This document shows, one piece after another, positions 19,045 to 27,220 of a stretch of 64,000 nt of DNA. A program made the translations under genes and the position numbers. The notes under the pieces are model-generated. The model did no database searches. It saw nothing but the letters and a program-made list of their open reading frames with translations, and had not been told where the DNA came from. The DNA is from Candidatus Woesebacteria bacterium (GTDB lineage Bacteria; Patescibacteriota; Microgenomatia; UBA8517), in NCBI GenBank assembly GCA_013426185.1, contig CP058602.1:399123-463122 (forward strand), in the 5' to 3' direction. Within the stretch, counting starts at the first letter, position 1. Every line of letters begins with the position of its first letter.

Positions 19045-19371
19045 TTATCTCTTAATTACTCTTATTACCTTACTGTAAGGTTTATACGACCTTACTTTTT
19101 TCCGGTAAATCACAAACCTAACTAGCCTTGTGGCTAGAAAGACTAGTAATATACTTACCGAAAGGGGTAACAGGCAAGCAAGAGACAGACGGAAAAATAA
19201 AACTACTACTGGTTTCCATGCTACCGACAAAATGCAGAAAAAGGAAACCAGTAGCATCAAAAACGGGGCAATATACCTAGTGAAGTACCTCTTCACTGGA
19301 TAGTGCTCCGTTGGGTCAAACAAAAAATATAACCAGAACCTAACTTTTTCCCTAAGATTCCTCGTATTCAT
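19045..19371 (-). CDS. small membrane protein (island)
   Basis: 108 aa, 2-3 hydrophobic helices. Confidence 0.4.
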   Translation of the reverse strand: MNTRNLREKVRFWLYFLFDPTEHYPVKRYFTRYIAPFLMLLVSFFCILSVAWKPVVVLFFRLSLACLLPLSVSILLVFLATRLVRFVIYRKKVRSYKPYSKVIRVIKR

Positions 19372-19380
19372 CTTAACCTC

Positions 19381-20769
19381 CTAGGGAATTACAATATCGT
19401 CTGAATTAGAAAGCTGGGAAATTTTTTCCCCAAGACTGGTAAGGTTGGGGTCTCCCTTAGCCTTACTGGCAGCTTGGAGAATACCACCAAACACCTTCTC
19501 CTTGGGATAGGCCTGTTGCAGGTCTTGGCCTGCCTCTTTAGCAGCTTTCCTATCAATCAATCCCTCTGCTACCTGTGTAGTAGCGTTGACAACAGGGATA
19601 ACGATAGGTGCCGCCTCAGGGGCTGCCACAGCTGTCACTAAATTTACAGCCGTAGCCACCTTACCCACAGCCGCCTTTGCCTTACTAGCCTCCTCTTGCG
19701 GCTTGGATGGAGAAGGCGTTGGAGAAGACTGGTTAGGGCCATTCTCTCCCGGGCTTGGGGGGATGACAACATCTCCGGAAGGAACATCTGTTGGCCCACT
19801 GGAAGTGAAACCACTATCCCCAGCCGGTCCAGAAGGGACATCTCGTTCAGAGCCAGAAGAGGAAGAGCCAGCTGTTAGCAAAGGAACAAATTCTTCGGGA
19901 ACTACAACTTCTCCCCCTCCGCTTCTACTAGCTCGCCTACTCCTCTCCCACGGTTCTAAAACAGAATTCCAGTCTACCGGAGGTCTTTCCTTGCTCACAC
20001 CCTCTATAGCCGTTTCTTCTTCATCCCTAAATTCGGGAGTGAGGATTGCGGCCAGGAAAGGTACGGTGACATAACAAAAGAACATTGTCAAAATAACTGT
20101 CCCCGTATAAAACACATTTACTAGGACAGTTACTGGACCAAAAGCCCAATCAGGATAATTGCTTCCAAAGAATTGAACGATGGCATTGAAAAGGGCAAGA
20201 AAAATTGCCCATCCAAAAACCTCGCCAATTATGAAAGCAATACCCTTAATTGATCGCCCCAAAATGGACCAAGATAGAGCAACGATAGCTGCAATCAACA
20301 TAACGACCTGCCACCTTGAGACAATCAAAGGGATCAGAAAAGTCAACGTAACCCCCCATGCCGCACTTGCCAAATTTCCCAAATCAGGAGACAACTCCCA
20401 CCGCATGGCGGTAAGGATTTTCTCCAGCCTAAGTTCGGCGGGTAAGACTATTTCACCCAATCTGGTAGTGAAGTCTATAAATAACAACACTACCATCGGG
20501 ATAGAGAACATCAATATCATGCTAGTTACAAGCCCAGCACTAACAACTTTCCCTCTACCCACACTACGTGCAAGGGATATAAGCGCTGAGATAAAACCAG
20601 CAAGGATTAAAAAAATCAAGACCGGACCAAGATACTGTTGAATTTCCTGCGGCGAGATCTTTAAAAAAAAGCTGTCCCGCCAGTGTCCTTCAACAGCATC
20701 TGGGATTTGACACCCCGTCAGCAGAAGACTGCCGACGGTTAAGAAGAAAAATGCCGGCAGTCTCTTCAT
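19381..20769 (-). CDS. polytopic membrane lipoprotein, VirB6/TrbL-like topology, P/S/G-rich C-terminal tail
   Basis: 462 aa. Lipobox LLLTGC, at least 6 TM helices, C-terminal low-complexity PSPGENGPNQSSPTPSPSKP. Confidence 0.5.
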   Translation of the reverse strand: MKRLPAFFFLTVGSLLLTGCQIPDAVEGHWRDSFFLKISPQEIQQYLGPVLIFLILAGFISALISLARSVGRGKVVSAGLVTSMILMFSIPMVVLLFIDFTTRLGEIVLPAELRLEKILTAMRWELSPDLGNLASAAWGVTLTFLIPLIVSRWQVVMLIAAIVALSWSILGRSIKGIAFIIGEVFGWAIFLALFNAIVQFFGSNYPDWAFGPVTVLVNVFYTGTVILTMFFCYVTVPFLAAILTPEFRDEEETAIEGVSKERPPVDWNSVLEPWERSRRASRSGGGEVVVPEEFVPLLTAGSSSSGSERDVPSGPAGDSGFTSSGPTDVPSGDVVIPPSPGENGPNQSSPTPSPSKPQEEASKAKAAVGKVATAVNLVTAVAAPEAAPIVIPVVNATTQVAEGLIDRKAAKEAGQDLQQAYPKEKVFGGILQAASKAKGDPNLTSLGEKISQLSNSDDIVIP

Positions 20770-20785
20770 TGCCCCTCCTATAGTA

Positions 20786-21070
20786 CTACGGCAACAGGCT
20801 GGGGGCGCTTCCCGAAAAGACAGAGTTGTAGATCCCCTCTGCCCATCTTACGATTTGAGCGTTGGAGAGGTTCATGATATCCCTAAAGCCGACTACCACA
20901 AAGGCCGCTGCAATTAACACGCCAAAAATAATTACCCCGAGGCCCCAAACAGTTTGGTTGCCTCTCCAAACGCCGGAGACCCCGGCTTGAGAAAACAGGG
21001 CCTGGATTAAAAAATACAGGCCAAAAACTATCATCGCGATGCCAGCGACAACTCCTACAAAAGCAATCAT
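20786..21070 (-). CDS. small 2-TM protein (VirB3/VirB2-like size and topology)
   Basis: 94 aa, two hydrophobic helices, RBS aggagag. First gene downstream of repeat copy 4. Confidence 0.45.
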   Translation of the reverse strand: MIAFVGVVAGIAMIVFGLYFLIQALFSQAGVSGVWRGNQTVWGLGVIIFGVLIAAAFVVVGFRDIMNLSNAQIVRWAEGIYNSVFSGSAPSLLP

Positions 21071-21106
21071 TTTACACTCTCCTTCTGAAGATTGGGTTAG
21101 ATTTTA

Positions 21107-21350
21107 GGCTCCTCTTGTTTTTGGGTGAGCCTCGATTAATCTCCTAAACTCAAATTAGAGAATTAAGAAATTAATCAAGGCTCACCCAATTTGGGATTTT
21201 TGTTAAAAAGGTTCTCTTGTCGCCTCAAATTTCTTGCTGTGTTGTTAATGTGCTCTCCTTTACCAAGTTAAAAGAAGGGCAACCCTTCTTTTCTTAAGGC
21301 AAAGAAAATCAAACTTTTGAAGACAAAACTTAATTTGTCTTCAAAACTAA
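21107..21350. repeat. island repeat copy 4 (module 1 plus a divergent hairpin-rich tail)
   Basis: Shares ggctcctcttgtttttgggtgagcc...ggctcaccc...cttgctgtgttgttaa with copies 2 and 3. Tail has stems aagaaggg/cccttctt and tttgaagaca/tgtcttcaaa. Confidence 0.8.
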
Positions 21351-21483
21351 ACACTCAAATAATCTTAAGTGCTTAGTTTTAAATAGGGGTGTAATTGAGA
21401 AAGACCTGCTGGTGGAGACGAGATTAAAAAACGCGCAAAATGCGTTTTAATCTTTGCCAACCACCAGCAGGATGAATTTAAAA

Positions 21484-21564
21484 TGGTGGGGAGAGGATTC
21501 GAACCTCCTTATTCCTGGAGTATAAAATTCCAGCGCTCATCCTTTCTCTTTGAGCTTCCCCACC
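21484..21564 (-). tRNA. tRNA-like gene, non-canonical (81 nt), identity unresolved
   Basis: Perfect 7-bp acceptor stem GGTGGGG/CCCCACC, T-arm GGAGG-TTCGAAT-CCTCT, discriminator A, no encoded CCA. D and anticodon regions are 8 nt longer than canonical. One fold gives anticodon loop UUUUAUA (anticodon UUA). Confidence 0.55.
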
Positions 21565-21575
21565 AATACCAATAA

Positions 21576-22061
21576 TTACCGATAACGACGCCACTTTTTC
21601 TGGCCGGCACGGTCAACAAATTCCTGCCAGACAGCAACCCCTTCTGGAATATCCTCTTCCCGTGTGAAGAAAACAGGGTCGCCACCCATATTAGCCAAGA
21701 AACGACCGGTTGGCCTTTCTTTATTGCTATTACCAGGCGTCGCTTTTTTTTGGCCCTGAGGACGATTGCCTTTTTCTTCCTCTTCCATCTGCGCGAGGAC
21801 TTCTCGCACCACCCACTGTGGGCAGAAATCCTCAAAGTTGGCGAGGAAGTAAAAAACAAGGACATCGTCCAAGGGACCCACAATAAGATCCGGAAATACA
21901 ACCCAAAGAAATCCGGCCACAAAACCAAGCTTAAGCCAACCGGAAACTCTGGGATCTTTTAAGAGCCGAATTTTAAGCTTCAGACCTTTTAAAATCTGAA
22001 GCATAATTCCAGCTCTTTCCGGATCACGGCGAACAGGGGATTTGGGTTGGGGAGTCGCCAT
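21576..22061 (-). CDS. DUF1232 (YkvA-like) membrane protein
   Basis: 161 aa; FPDLIVGPLDDVLVFYF matches the D.IPD.IP..G..DD core of DUF1232. Confidence 0.55.
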   Translation of the reverse strand: MATPQPKSPVRRDPERAGIMLQILKGLKLKIRLLKDPRVSGWLKLGFVAGFLWVVFPDLIVGPLDDVLVFYFLANFEDFCPQWVVREVLAQMEEEEKGNRPQGQKKATPGNSNKERPTGRFLANMGGDPVFFTREEDIPEGVAVWQEFVDRAGQKKWRRYR

Positions 22062-22129
22062 AAAAAGACCTCCTTCTACTCCCCAACCCTTAAATATCCC
22101 TCACGGCTGGGGAGCATCAGAAAAGGAAC

Positions 22130-22588
22130 TCAAGCCGTAGTAGCCGGCTCGGCAGCCTTTTTCGCATTGCCATTTTCGTTGTCTTGGTACTCCTTGTAAC
22201 GTTTTTGCCAAGGCCTATCTTTGATAGCTTTGATGAACTCATCCTTAACTTGCCGAAGCTGCTCGTCAGAACAACCGAGGTCTTTCATTACCAACGTCAG
22301 CAGCCAAGGGGTATTATGCCGAGTTACATCAAAACGTCGGCCATTTGGTAAACAGATAAACAATCTACCACCTTCGAAAGAGAAGTGTGGCACAGAAGGA
22401 CGACTCAAGCGAGAAACAATTTCTGCAGCCACTCTCGCAGGGCCCGCAAAGGAAACATTGTTTGGACCCGTCAGAATCACCTTCTGTTCACCCATACCAT
22501 CCCAATCGCCTGGAGTAAAAAATCTTGGGAAGACCTCCGGGTTCTCAGCCTTTATTTCAAATGAGCCAATTCTCAACGTGCCAGACAT
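22130..22588 (-). CDS. hypothetical protein
   Basis: 152 aa, GC-rich, no motif recognised. Confidence 0.45.
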   Translation of the reverse strand: MSGTLRIGSFEIKAENPEVFPRFFTPGDWDGMGEQKVILTGPNNVSFAGPARVAAEIVSRLSRPSVPHFSFEGGRLFICLPNGRRFDVTRHNTPWLLTLVMKDLGCSDEQLRQVKDEFIKAIKDRPWQKRYKEYQDNENGNAKKAAEPATTA

Positions 22589-22933
22589 ATCTCACTCTCC
22601 TTAAACGAATGAAAAGATTTTTACTGACTTACAGAACTTACAGAAATTAAAAACCCGGTTTCCTCAATATGACCTCCTTCCTTAATTGAAAGAAAAAACT
22701 ATGTGCCCTGCTTTTTCTTTTTAGCTTGGGGCCGGAATACTTTTAAACTTAATAAACAATAAACACAAAAACAAAAATAATAAAAATGGAAAACAATTTT
22801 AAGAAGACTGTTGAAGAAATAACGCTTAAAAGCATTCCTGCCCCAAGCTTTTTGGCCCAAACTACCCCTGTCTTAATTCCAATTACACCCCTATGTTAAG
22901 GTGCAATTCCTTTTTCAAGGAATAAGAGCAGGA

Positions 22934-22958
22934 ACAAAAAAAGCTGCCACAGGCAGCC
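22934..22958 (-). terminator. intrinsic terminator downstream of the VKOR-like gene
   Basis: Hairpin gctgccacaggcagc followed on the minus strand by a T7 run. Confidence 0.55.
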
Positions 22959-23093
22959 TCTCAACCACTTTTCAACTTAAAAAGATCTAACCACTTATAG
23001 GATTATGGCCTATTATAAAAAAACTTTTATTTATTGTCAAGCTTTTCAAAACAAAAGAGGCAAAACCCACTAACAAAATTACTATAAGAGATT

Positions 23094-23561
23094 TTAATTA
23101 TTCTTATTACGGGATAAATTAAAATTCAAAAACAAAGAAATCATAAAAAGAAAAAACATAACTGTTTGACAAGTAAGACAGACTGGGCAGACAACTTTAA
23201 TAAAGAAAATCTCCAAGATTGTAAGCCTCAAGCAAAATATCATCCCAAAAGAAGACATAAAAAGAGCCAGTCTTTTCCTTTCGGTGAGAGAGGAAAACAA
23301 AATCACAGCATAACCAATAAGACCAACCAAAGCCACAGGAACACCGGCGAAAGTAGCCAAAGACCCAGAAATAACAGCCTGGCAATTTACTTTATCGTTA
23401 ATGTCGCAAAATAAAACAGGTTTGGGATTGTAAAAGTTGTAAAGAAGATAACTAGCAAGAATAATGCCAACAAAAGAAAAAGCCGCCATCAAATAAAACC
23501 AAATTTTCTTATTTAAAGCCATAGACAATTTTATCATATTTAGACAGGAGGTGTCAGACAT
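23094..23561 (-). CDS. vitamin K epoxide reductase (VKOR)-family membrane protein
   Basis: 155 aa, 4 TM helices, loop Cys pair C-x7-C (CDINDKVNC) and a TM CxxC (CPVC). Confidence 0.6.
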   Translation of the reverse strand: MSDTSCLNMIKLSMALNKKIWFYLMAAFSFVGIILASYLLYNFYNPKPVLFCDINDKVNCQAVISGSLATFAGVPVALVGLIGYAVILFSSLTERKRLALFMSSFGMIFCLRLTILEIFFIKVVCPVCLTCQTVMFFLFMISLFLNFNLSRNKNN

Positions 23562-23564
23562 CGG

Positions 23565-24180
23565 CTATCGGACATTGGCCGTCAGACATCAGATGTCGGA
23601 CATCAGCTATCGGAATTTGGTCGGAACTGGCCGAAGTTGGTCTCCGCCTGTGGCGGAGTTGGTCAAAAGTTAGTCCTCACTTACAGTGAGGTTGGTCAAA
23701 GTTAGTCGGAGTTAGTAGAAAGTAGAACGTAGTAAATAGAAAGCAAAATTAATAAATAGTTAAAAGTGCAAAGTTAAAAGTTGTGTATTATCCTTTCTAC
23801 TTTCTGCTTACTAATTTCTACTAATTTTAAGTTTTGATTTTTGAGTTTTAAGTTTTAATTTAATTTGTAATTTGGAAAATTGGAAAATTGTAATTTGTTT
23901 AGGATTTAGAATTTAGAATTTGAAATTTGTATATTGTAATTTGTTTGGATCTTGGAATTTGGAGCTTGTAATTTGGGACTTATTTTTAATTTGTGATTTG
24001 AAATTTGTGATTTGTTTAGAGTTTAGAATTTCGGATTTAGAATTTAATTCAGTAATCTATAATCTAGAATCTATAATCTAACTAGAAAGTTTTAACTTTT
24101 AAGTTTTGAATTATATTTTTGACTTTTGAGTTTTAATTTTTGAGTTAATTATCAATTTGACCAAAAACAATTCTTATCTT
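23565..24180. repeat. AT-rich low-complexity, satellite-like non-coding spacer
   Basis: ~600 bp with no ORF. Many imperfect copies of taatttg, tagaattt, gaaatttg. The 5' part has paired hairpins tccgcctgtggcgga and cctcacttacagtgagg, each followed by gttggtcaaa(a)gttagt. Confidence 0.7.
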
Positions 24181-24201
24181 AGAATAACTTAGAATAAAGA
24201 T

Positions 24202-24654
24202 ATGGAAAAGAAAAAGGAAAGCATACTTTTAAGATCAAAAGAAAATCGGATCATCGCTGGCGTTTGCGGCGGGTTGGGAGAGTTTTTCAAAATCGATCCA
24301 ACTGTAATCAGAATTATTTTCATTCTTATTACTCTTTTTGGTGGCTCGGGTGGTCTCCTTTATCTTATTCTCTGGCTTATTATCCCCTCTGAAAATAAAG
24401 GCAAAGAACCAAAAGATTTAATTAGAGATAACGCCAAAGAGATAAAAGATGAGACAAAGGAACTAATCAAAAAGAGTAAAAATTACTCCAAGAAAGAAGA
24501 AGGAAGACTGATTATCGGCATGACCTTAATGATTTTGGGCCTTATGTTTTTGCTTGAAAACTTCAACATCTTCCGTATTCAATATCTTTTTAGACTCTGG
24601 CCTTTAATTCTTATTGTCATTGCTCTTGGTATTCTTTTTAAGAAAAATGACTGA
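24202..24654 (+). CDS. PspC-domain protein
   Basis: 150 aa; IIAGVCGGLGEFFKIDPTVIRIIFIL is the PspC domain signature, with 2 further TM helices. Confidence 0.8.
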   Translation: MEKKKESILLRSKENRIIAGVCGGLGEFFKIDPTVIRIIFILITLFGGSGGLLYLILWLIIPSENKGKEPKDLIRDNAKEIKDETKELIKKSKNYSKKEEGRLIIGMTLMILGLMFLLENFNIFRIQYLFRLWPLILIVIALGILFKKND

Positions 24655-25033
24655 AGAAGATAGTGATATCTACAGCGCAATTATTTTAATTTTTGTTGGT
24701 GTAATCTTGCTTTTGAACAATTTTGGCTTTCTGCCTTGGAGTTATTGGGGCGTTCTTTTCCAATTTTGGCCACTTCTTATTATTAACTGGGGAGTTGCCC
24801 TTGCCTTTGGCAGAAACTCTATATTGCACCTTGTTAGTTTCTTACTTATAGTTATTGTCTTTATCTATTCTGCCAGTGTCGTAAGCCCTAAATTTAATAA
24901 CTGGATTGAAAGCCAAGTTCCAAGCTGGAAAGAAATTAGAAAAAGAATACCTGAAAGGAAGTTCCAAGTAGAAAAAAGAAAAGTCTTTCGCTGCGACCCT
25001 ATTACAGGTGAATGCTCGGTTTACTACAAATAA
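24614..25033 (+). CDS. membrane protein (possible PspC partner)
   Basis: 139 aa, 3 hydrophobic helices. Overlaps the previous gene, so the true start is probably MTEEDSD. Confidence 0.45.
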   Translation: MSLLLVFFLRKMTEEDSDIYSAIILIFVGVILLLNNFGFLPWSYWGVLFQFWPLLIINWGVALAFGRNSILHLVSFLLIVIVFIYSASVVSPKFNNWIESQVPSWKEIRKRIPERKFQVEKRKVFRCDPITGECSVYYK

Positions 25034-25658
25034 AAACTAAATTAGCCTGAGGATAAAAGTATTCAACTTCACTAAAAAAATTCTCAAGTTTACGGCCTAA
25101 AAAAAGAGCAGATTTACGAGTCTTTAAATCCGAAGTATAAAGCCTGTTAAAAAGAACAACACCTCCTTTTGAGATAATCTTTGACACCAACTTCAAAAAT
25201 TTATCAGAGGAAAATTTTTCTGGAAATTTAGAACCGCAATAAAGATCAACGACAATAAGGTCATACTTTTTGCGCCTTTTTAACTCATTTAAAACAAAAT
25301 CCAAAGCATCGGCAACTTTTATTTTTACTTTTTTTCTATCAAGACCTAAATATTTCTCCCCCAGACTAACCATAAAATGATCAATATCAACACCATAAAC
25401 TTTTGCCTGAGTCCAAGTTGAATTTACTAATTTTGCTACTGTTCCCCCACCCAAACCCAAAATCAAACAATTCTTAATATCAAGATTTCTCTTTTTGAGC
25501 TTCTCCAAAACTTTTTTCCAGATAGATTCAACAACTCCACCTGATTGGGTTAATCCTTCTGCTTGAATATAAGTCCCCCAGGCCAAAGATTTAACAACCT
25601 TCAATCGACCATTATAAGGAGATTCAACTGAAGCCAAAGTTTTCTCAAAAATTACCAC
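25002..25658 (-). CDS. SAM-dependent methyltransferase, spermidine-synthase-like fold
   Basis: 218 aa; LILGLGGGTVAKL glycine-rich SAM loop, VYGVDID, DLIVVDLY. Confidence 0.6.
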   Translation of the reverse strand: MVIFEKTLASVESPYNGRLKVVKSLAWGTYIQAEGLTQSGGVVESIWKKVLEKLKKRNLDIKNCLILGLGGGTVAKLVNSTWTQAKVYGVDIDHFMVSLGEKYLGLDRKKVKIKVADALDFVLNELKRRKKYDLIVVDLYCGSKFPEKFSSDKFLKLVSKIISKGGVVLFNRLYTSDLKTRKSALFLGRKLENFFSEVEYFYPQANLVFICSKPSIHL

Positions 25659-25690
25659 TAAGTTATTCTAGCAAATTCTAGACCAAGAGA

Positions 25691-25771
25691 TTGACAAGGA
25701 CGGACCTTGTCAAAAAGCAACTTTTTTCGAGGCCAATTTTCTAGTCGTATGACAAGGACGGACCTTGTCAA
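25691..25771. promoter_or_regulatory. two copies of a perfect 23-bp palindrome TTGACAAGGACGGACCTTGTCAA in a divergent promoter region
   Basis: 25691-25713 and 25749-25771, each followed by aaaagcaaYtt. Third copy at 31316-31338. Confidence 0.6.
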
Positions 25772-25846
25772 AAAGCAATTTCTATTGAAGCTAATACGTC
25801 TTGGCTTTGGACAGAGTCGGATCCTGTTCAGGGAGTTTTTTAAAAA

Positions 25847-27019
25847 TTGTTATATAATTGGCTGATGAATAAACCTTTAGCCGAGATTTTAAGACCCAAA
25901 AGCCTTGATGAATTTATAGGACAAGAGCATTTGGTTGGAAAAAATGGAATAGTCAGCCTTCTTCTCAAAAATCAAAAAACCAATTTTCCTTCTCTAATTT
26001 TTTGGGGACCACCTGGTGTCGGAAAAACCACTCTCGCAAGAATCATAGCCAGAAGCCTAAACCGAAATTATTTTGAGTTCTCAGCTGTTTCCTCCTCAAT
26101 CAAAGAAGTAGAAAAAATAGTTAATAGCGAAGAAAATCCGCCTGTCATAGTTATCGATGAGATCCATCGTTTCAACAAATCCCAACAAGCAAAATTTTTG
26201 CCTTGGGTTGAGTCGGGCAAAATCGTTTTAATCGGCGCAACCACTGAAAACCCTTCATTTGAGGTAATCTCCCCACTTTTATCAAGAACGAAAATTCTTG
26301 TTTTCAAACAACTTGAAAAAGAAGAGCTTGAAAAAATTGCTCAGAAAGGAATTAACTACTTTAAAGCAAAAATTAAAAATGACGCCCTTGATTTTTTGAT
26401 TGAAAGTTCAAACGGAGACGCAAGAATTCTCTTAAACACGATTGAAGTTGCCGCTTCTTTACTCAAAAAAGGAAAAATGATCGATACCACAACAATTGAG
26501 CAAGCATTGCAGAAAAAACAATTAATGTTTGACAAAAAAGGAGAAGAATTTTATAACCTGATTTCAGCCTATATTAAATCAATGAGAGCATCTGATGTTG
26601 ATGCGGCACTATATTATCTTGCCCGAATGGTTGAGGCAGGGCAAGACCCTTTATATATTGCAAGAAGAATGGTTGTTTTTGCTTCAGAAGACGTAGCATC
26701 ACCAACTGCTTTAGTAGTTGCAAACTCAGTTTTTCAAGCTTGCCAAGAAATAGGTTATCCTGAATGTCAGGAAAATCTAGCCGCAGGCACGGTTTACCTT
26801 GCAACTGCCAAAAAAGACAGAAGCGCTTATGAGGCTTATATAAAAGCTTTGGAAGACGTCCGCCAATTTGGCAATCTACCAGTACCTTTAAAAATCAGAA
26901 ATCCTGTCACTAAACTAATGGAACAAATAGGCTACGGCAAAGGCTACAAAAAATACACAAAAGAAAGTTTGCTACCAGAAAAATTAAAAGGCAGAAAATA
27001 TTATAAAATTCAAAAATAA
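25847..27019 (+). CDS. rarA: replication-associated recombination protein A (AAA+ ATPase RarA/MgsA)
   Basis: 390 aa; WGPPGVGKTTLARIIA Walker A, VIVIDEIHRFNKSQQ Walker B and sensor, MgsA C-terminal domain. Confidence 0.9.
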   Translation: MLYNWLMNKPLAEILRPKSLDEFIGQEHLVGKNGIVSLLLKNQKTNFPSLIFWGPPGVGKTTLARIIARSLNRNYFEFSAVSSSIKEVEKIVNSEENPPVIVIDEIHRFNKSQQAKFLPWVESGKIVLIGATTENPSFEVISPLLSRTKILVFKQLEKEELEKIAQKGINYFKAKIKNDALDFLIESSNGDARILLNTIEVAASLLKKGKMIDTTTIEQALQKKQLMFDKKGEEFYNLISAYIKSMRASDVDAALYYLARMVEAGQDPLYIARRMVVFASEDVASPTALVVANSVFQACQEIGYPECQENLAAGTVYLATAKKDRSAYEAYIKALEDVRQFGNLPVPLKIRNPVTKLMEQIGYGKGYKKYTKESLLPEKLKGRKYYKIQK

Positions 27020-27022
27020 AAT

Positions 27023-27190
27023 ATGGAAAGAAAATTAGAATGTAAAAAAGGTCAAGATAGCCAAGACAAAGAAAAAGTAATCAAACCCAAGGAACCAATA
27101 AACGGCACAAAACCTATTGAGATACCTCGTAAACCAGAATGTGAGAAAAAACACATCACCCAAGATGGAAAAAGAAAATCTCAATCATGA
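27023..27190 (+). CDS. possible small Lys-rich protein (55 aa)
   Basis: ATG-initiated ORF missing from the track (<60 aa): MERKLECKKGQDSQDKEKV... Low-complexity, so uncertain. Confidence 0.25.
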   Translation: MERKLECKKGQDSQDKEKVIKPKEPINGTKPIEIPRKPECEKKHITQDGKRKSQS

Positions 27191-27220
27191 ATCTTCAACA
27201 CCTGGTTTTGAAATCTGCTA

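Noticed and set aside
19586-20074. 162-aa plus-strand ORF and smaller ones at 19644-19878
   Set aside because: Antisense to the P/S/G-rich tail of the VirB6-like gene. GC-rich low-complexity DNA gives long open antisense frames.
21509-21928. 139-aa ORF overlapping both the tRNA-like gene and the DUF1232 gene
   Set aside because: It is in a different frame and fully overlaps the better-supported DUF1232 CDS and the tRNA. Compositionally odd (W/K/R-rich). Spurious.
22786-22902. 38-aa ATG-initiated ORF in the spacer upstream of the VKOR terminator
   Set aside because: No RBS, hydrophobic low-complexity product, and it lies in a terminator or promoter spacer. Insufficient support.
23565-24180. 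Possible CRISPR array in the repetitive AT-rich spacer regions (also 49180-49500)
   Set aside because: Repeat units are short (7-9 bp), irregularly spaced and degenerate. There are no 25-40 bp identical repeats separated by unique spacers, and no cas genes anywhere in the window.
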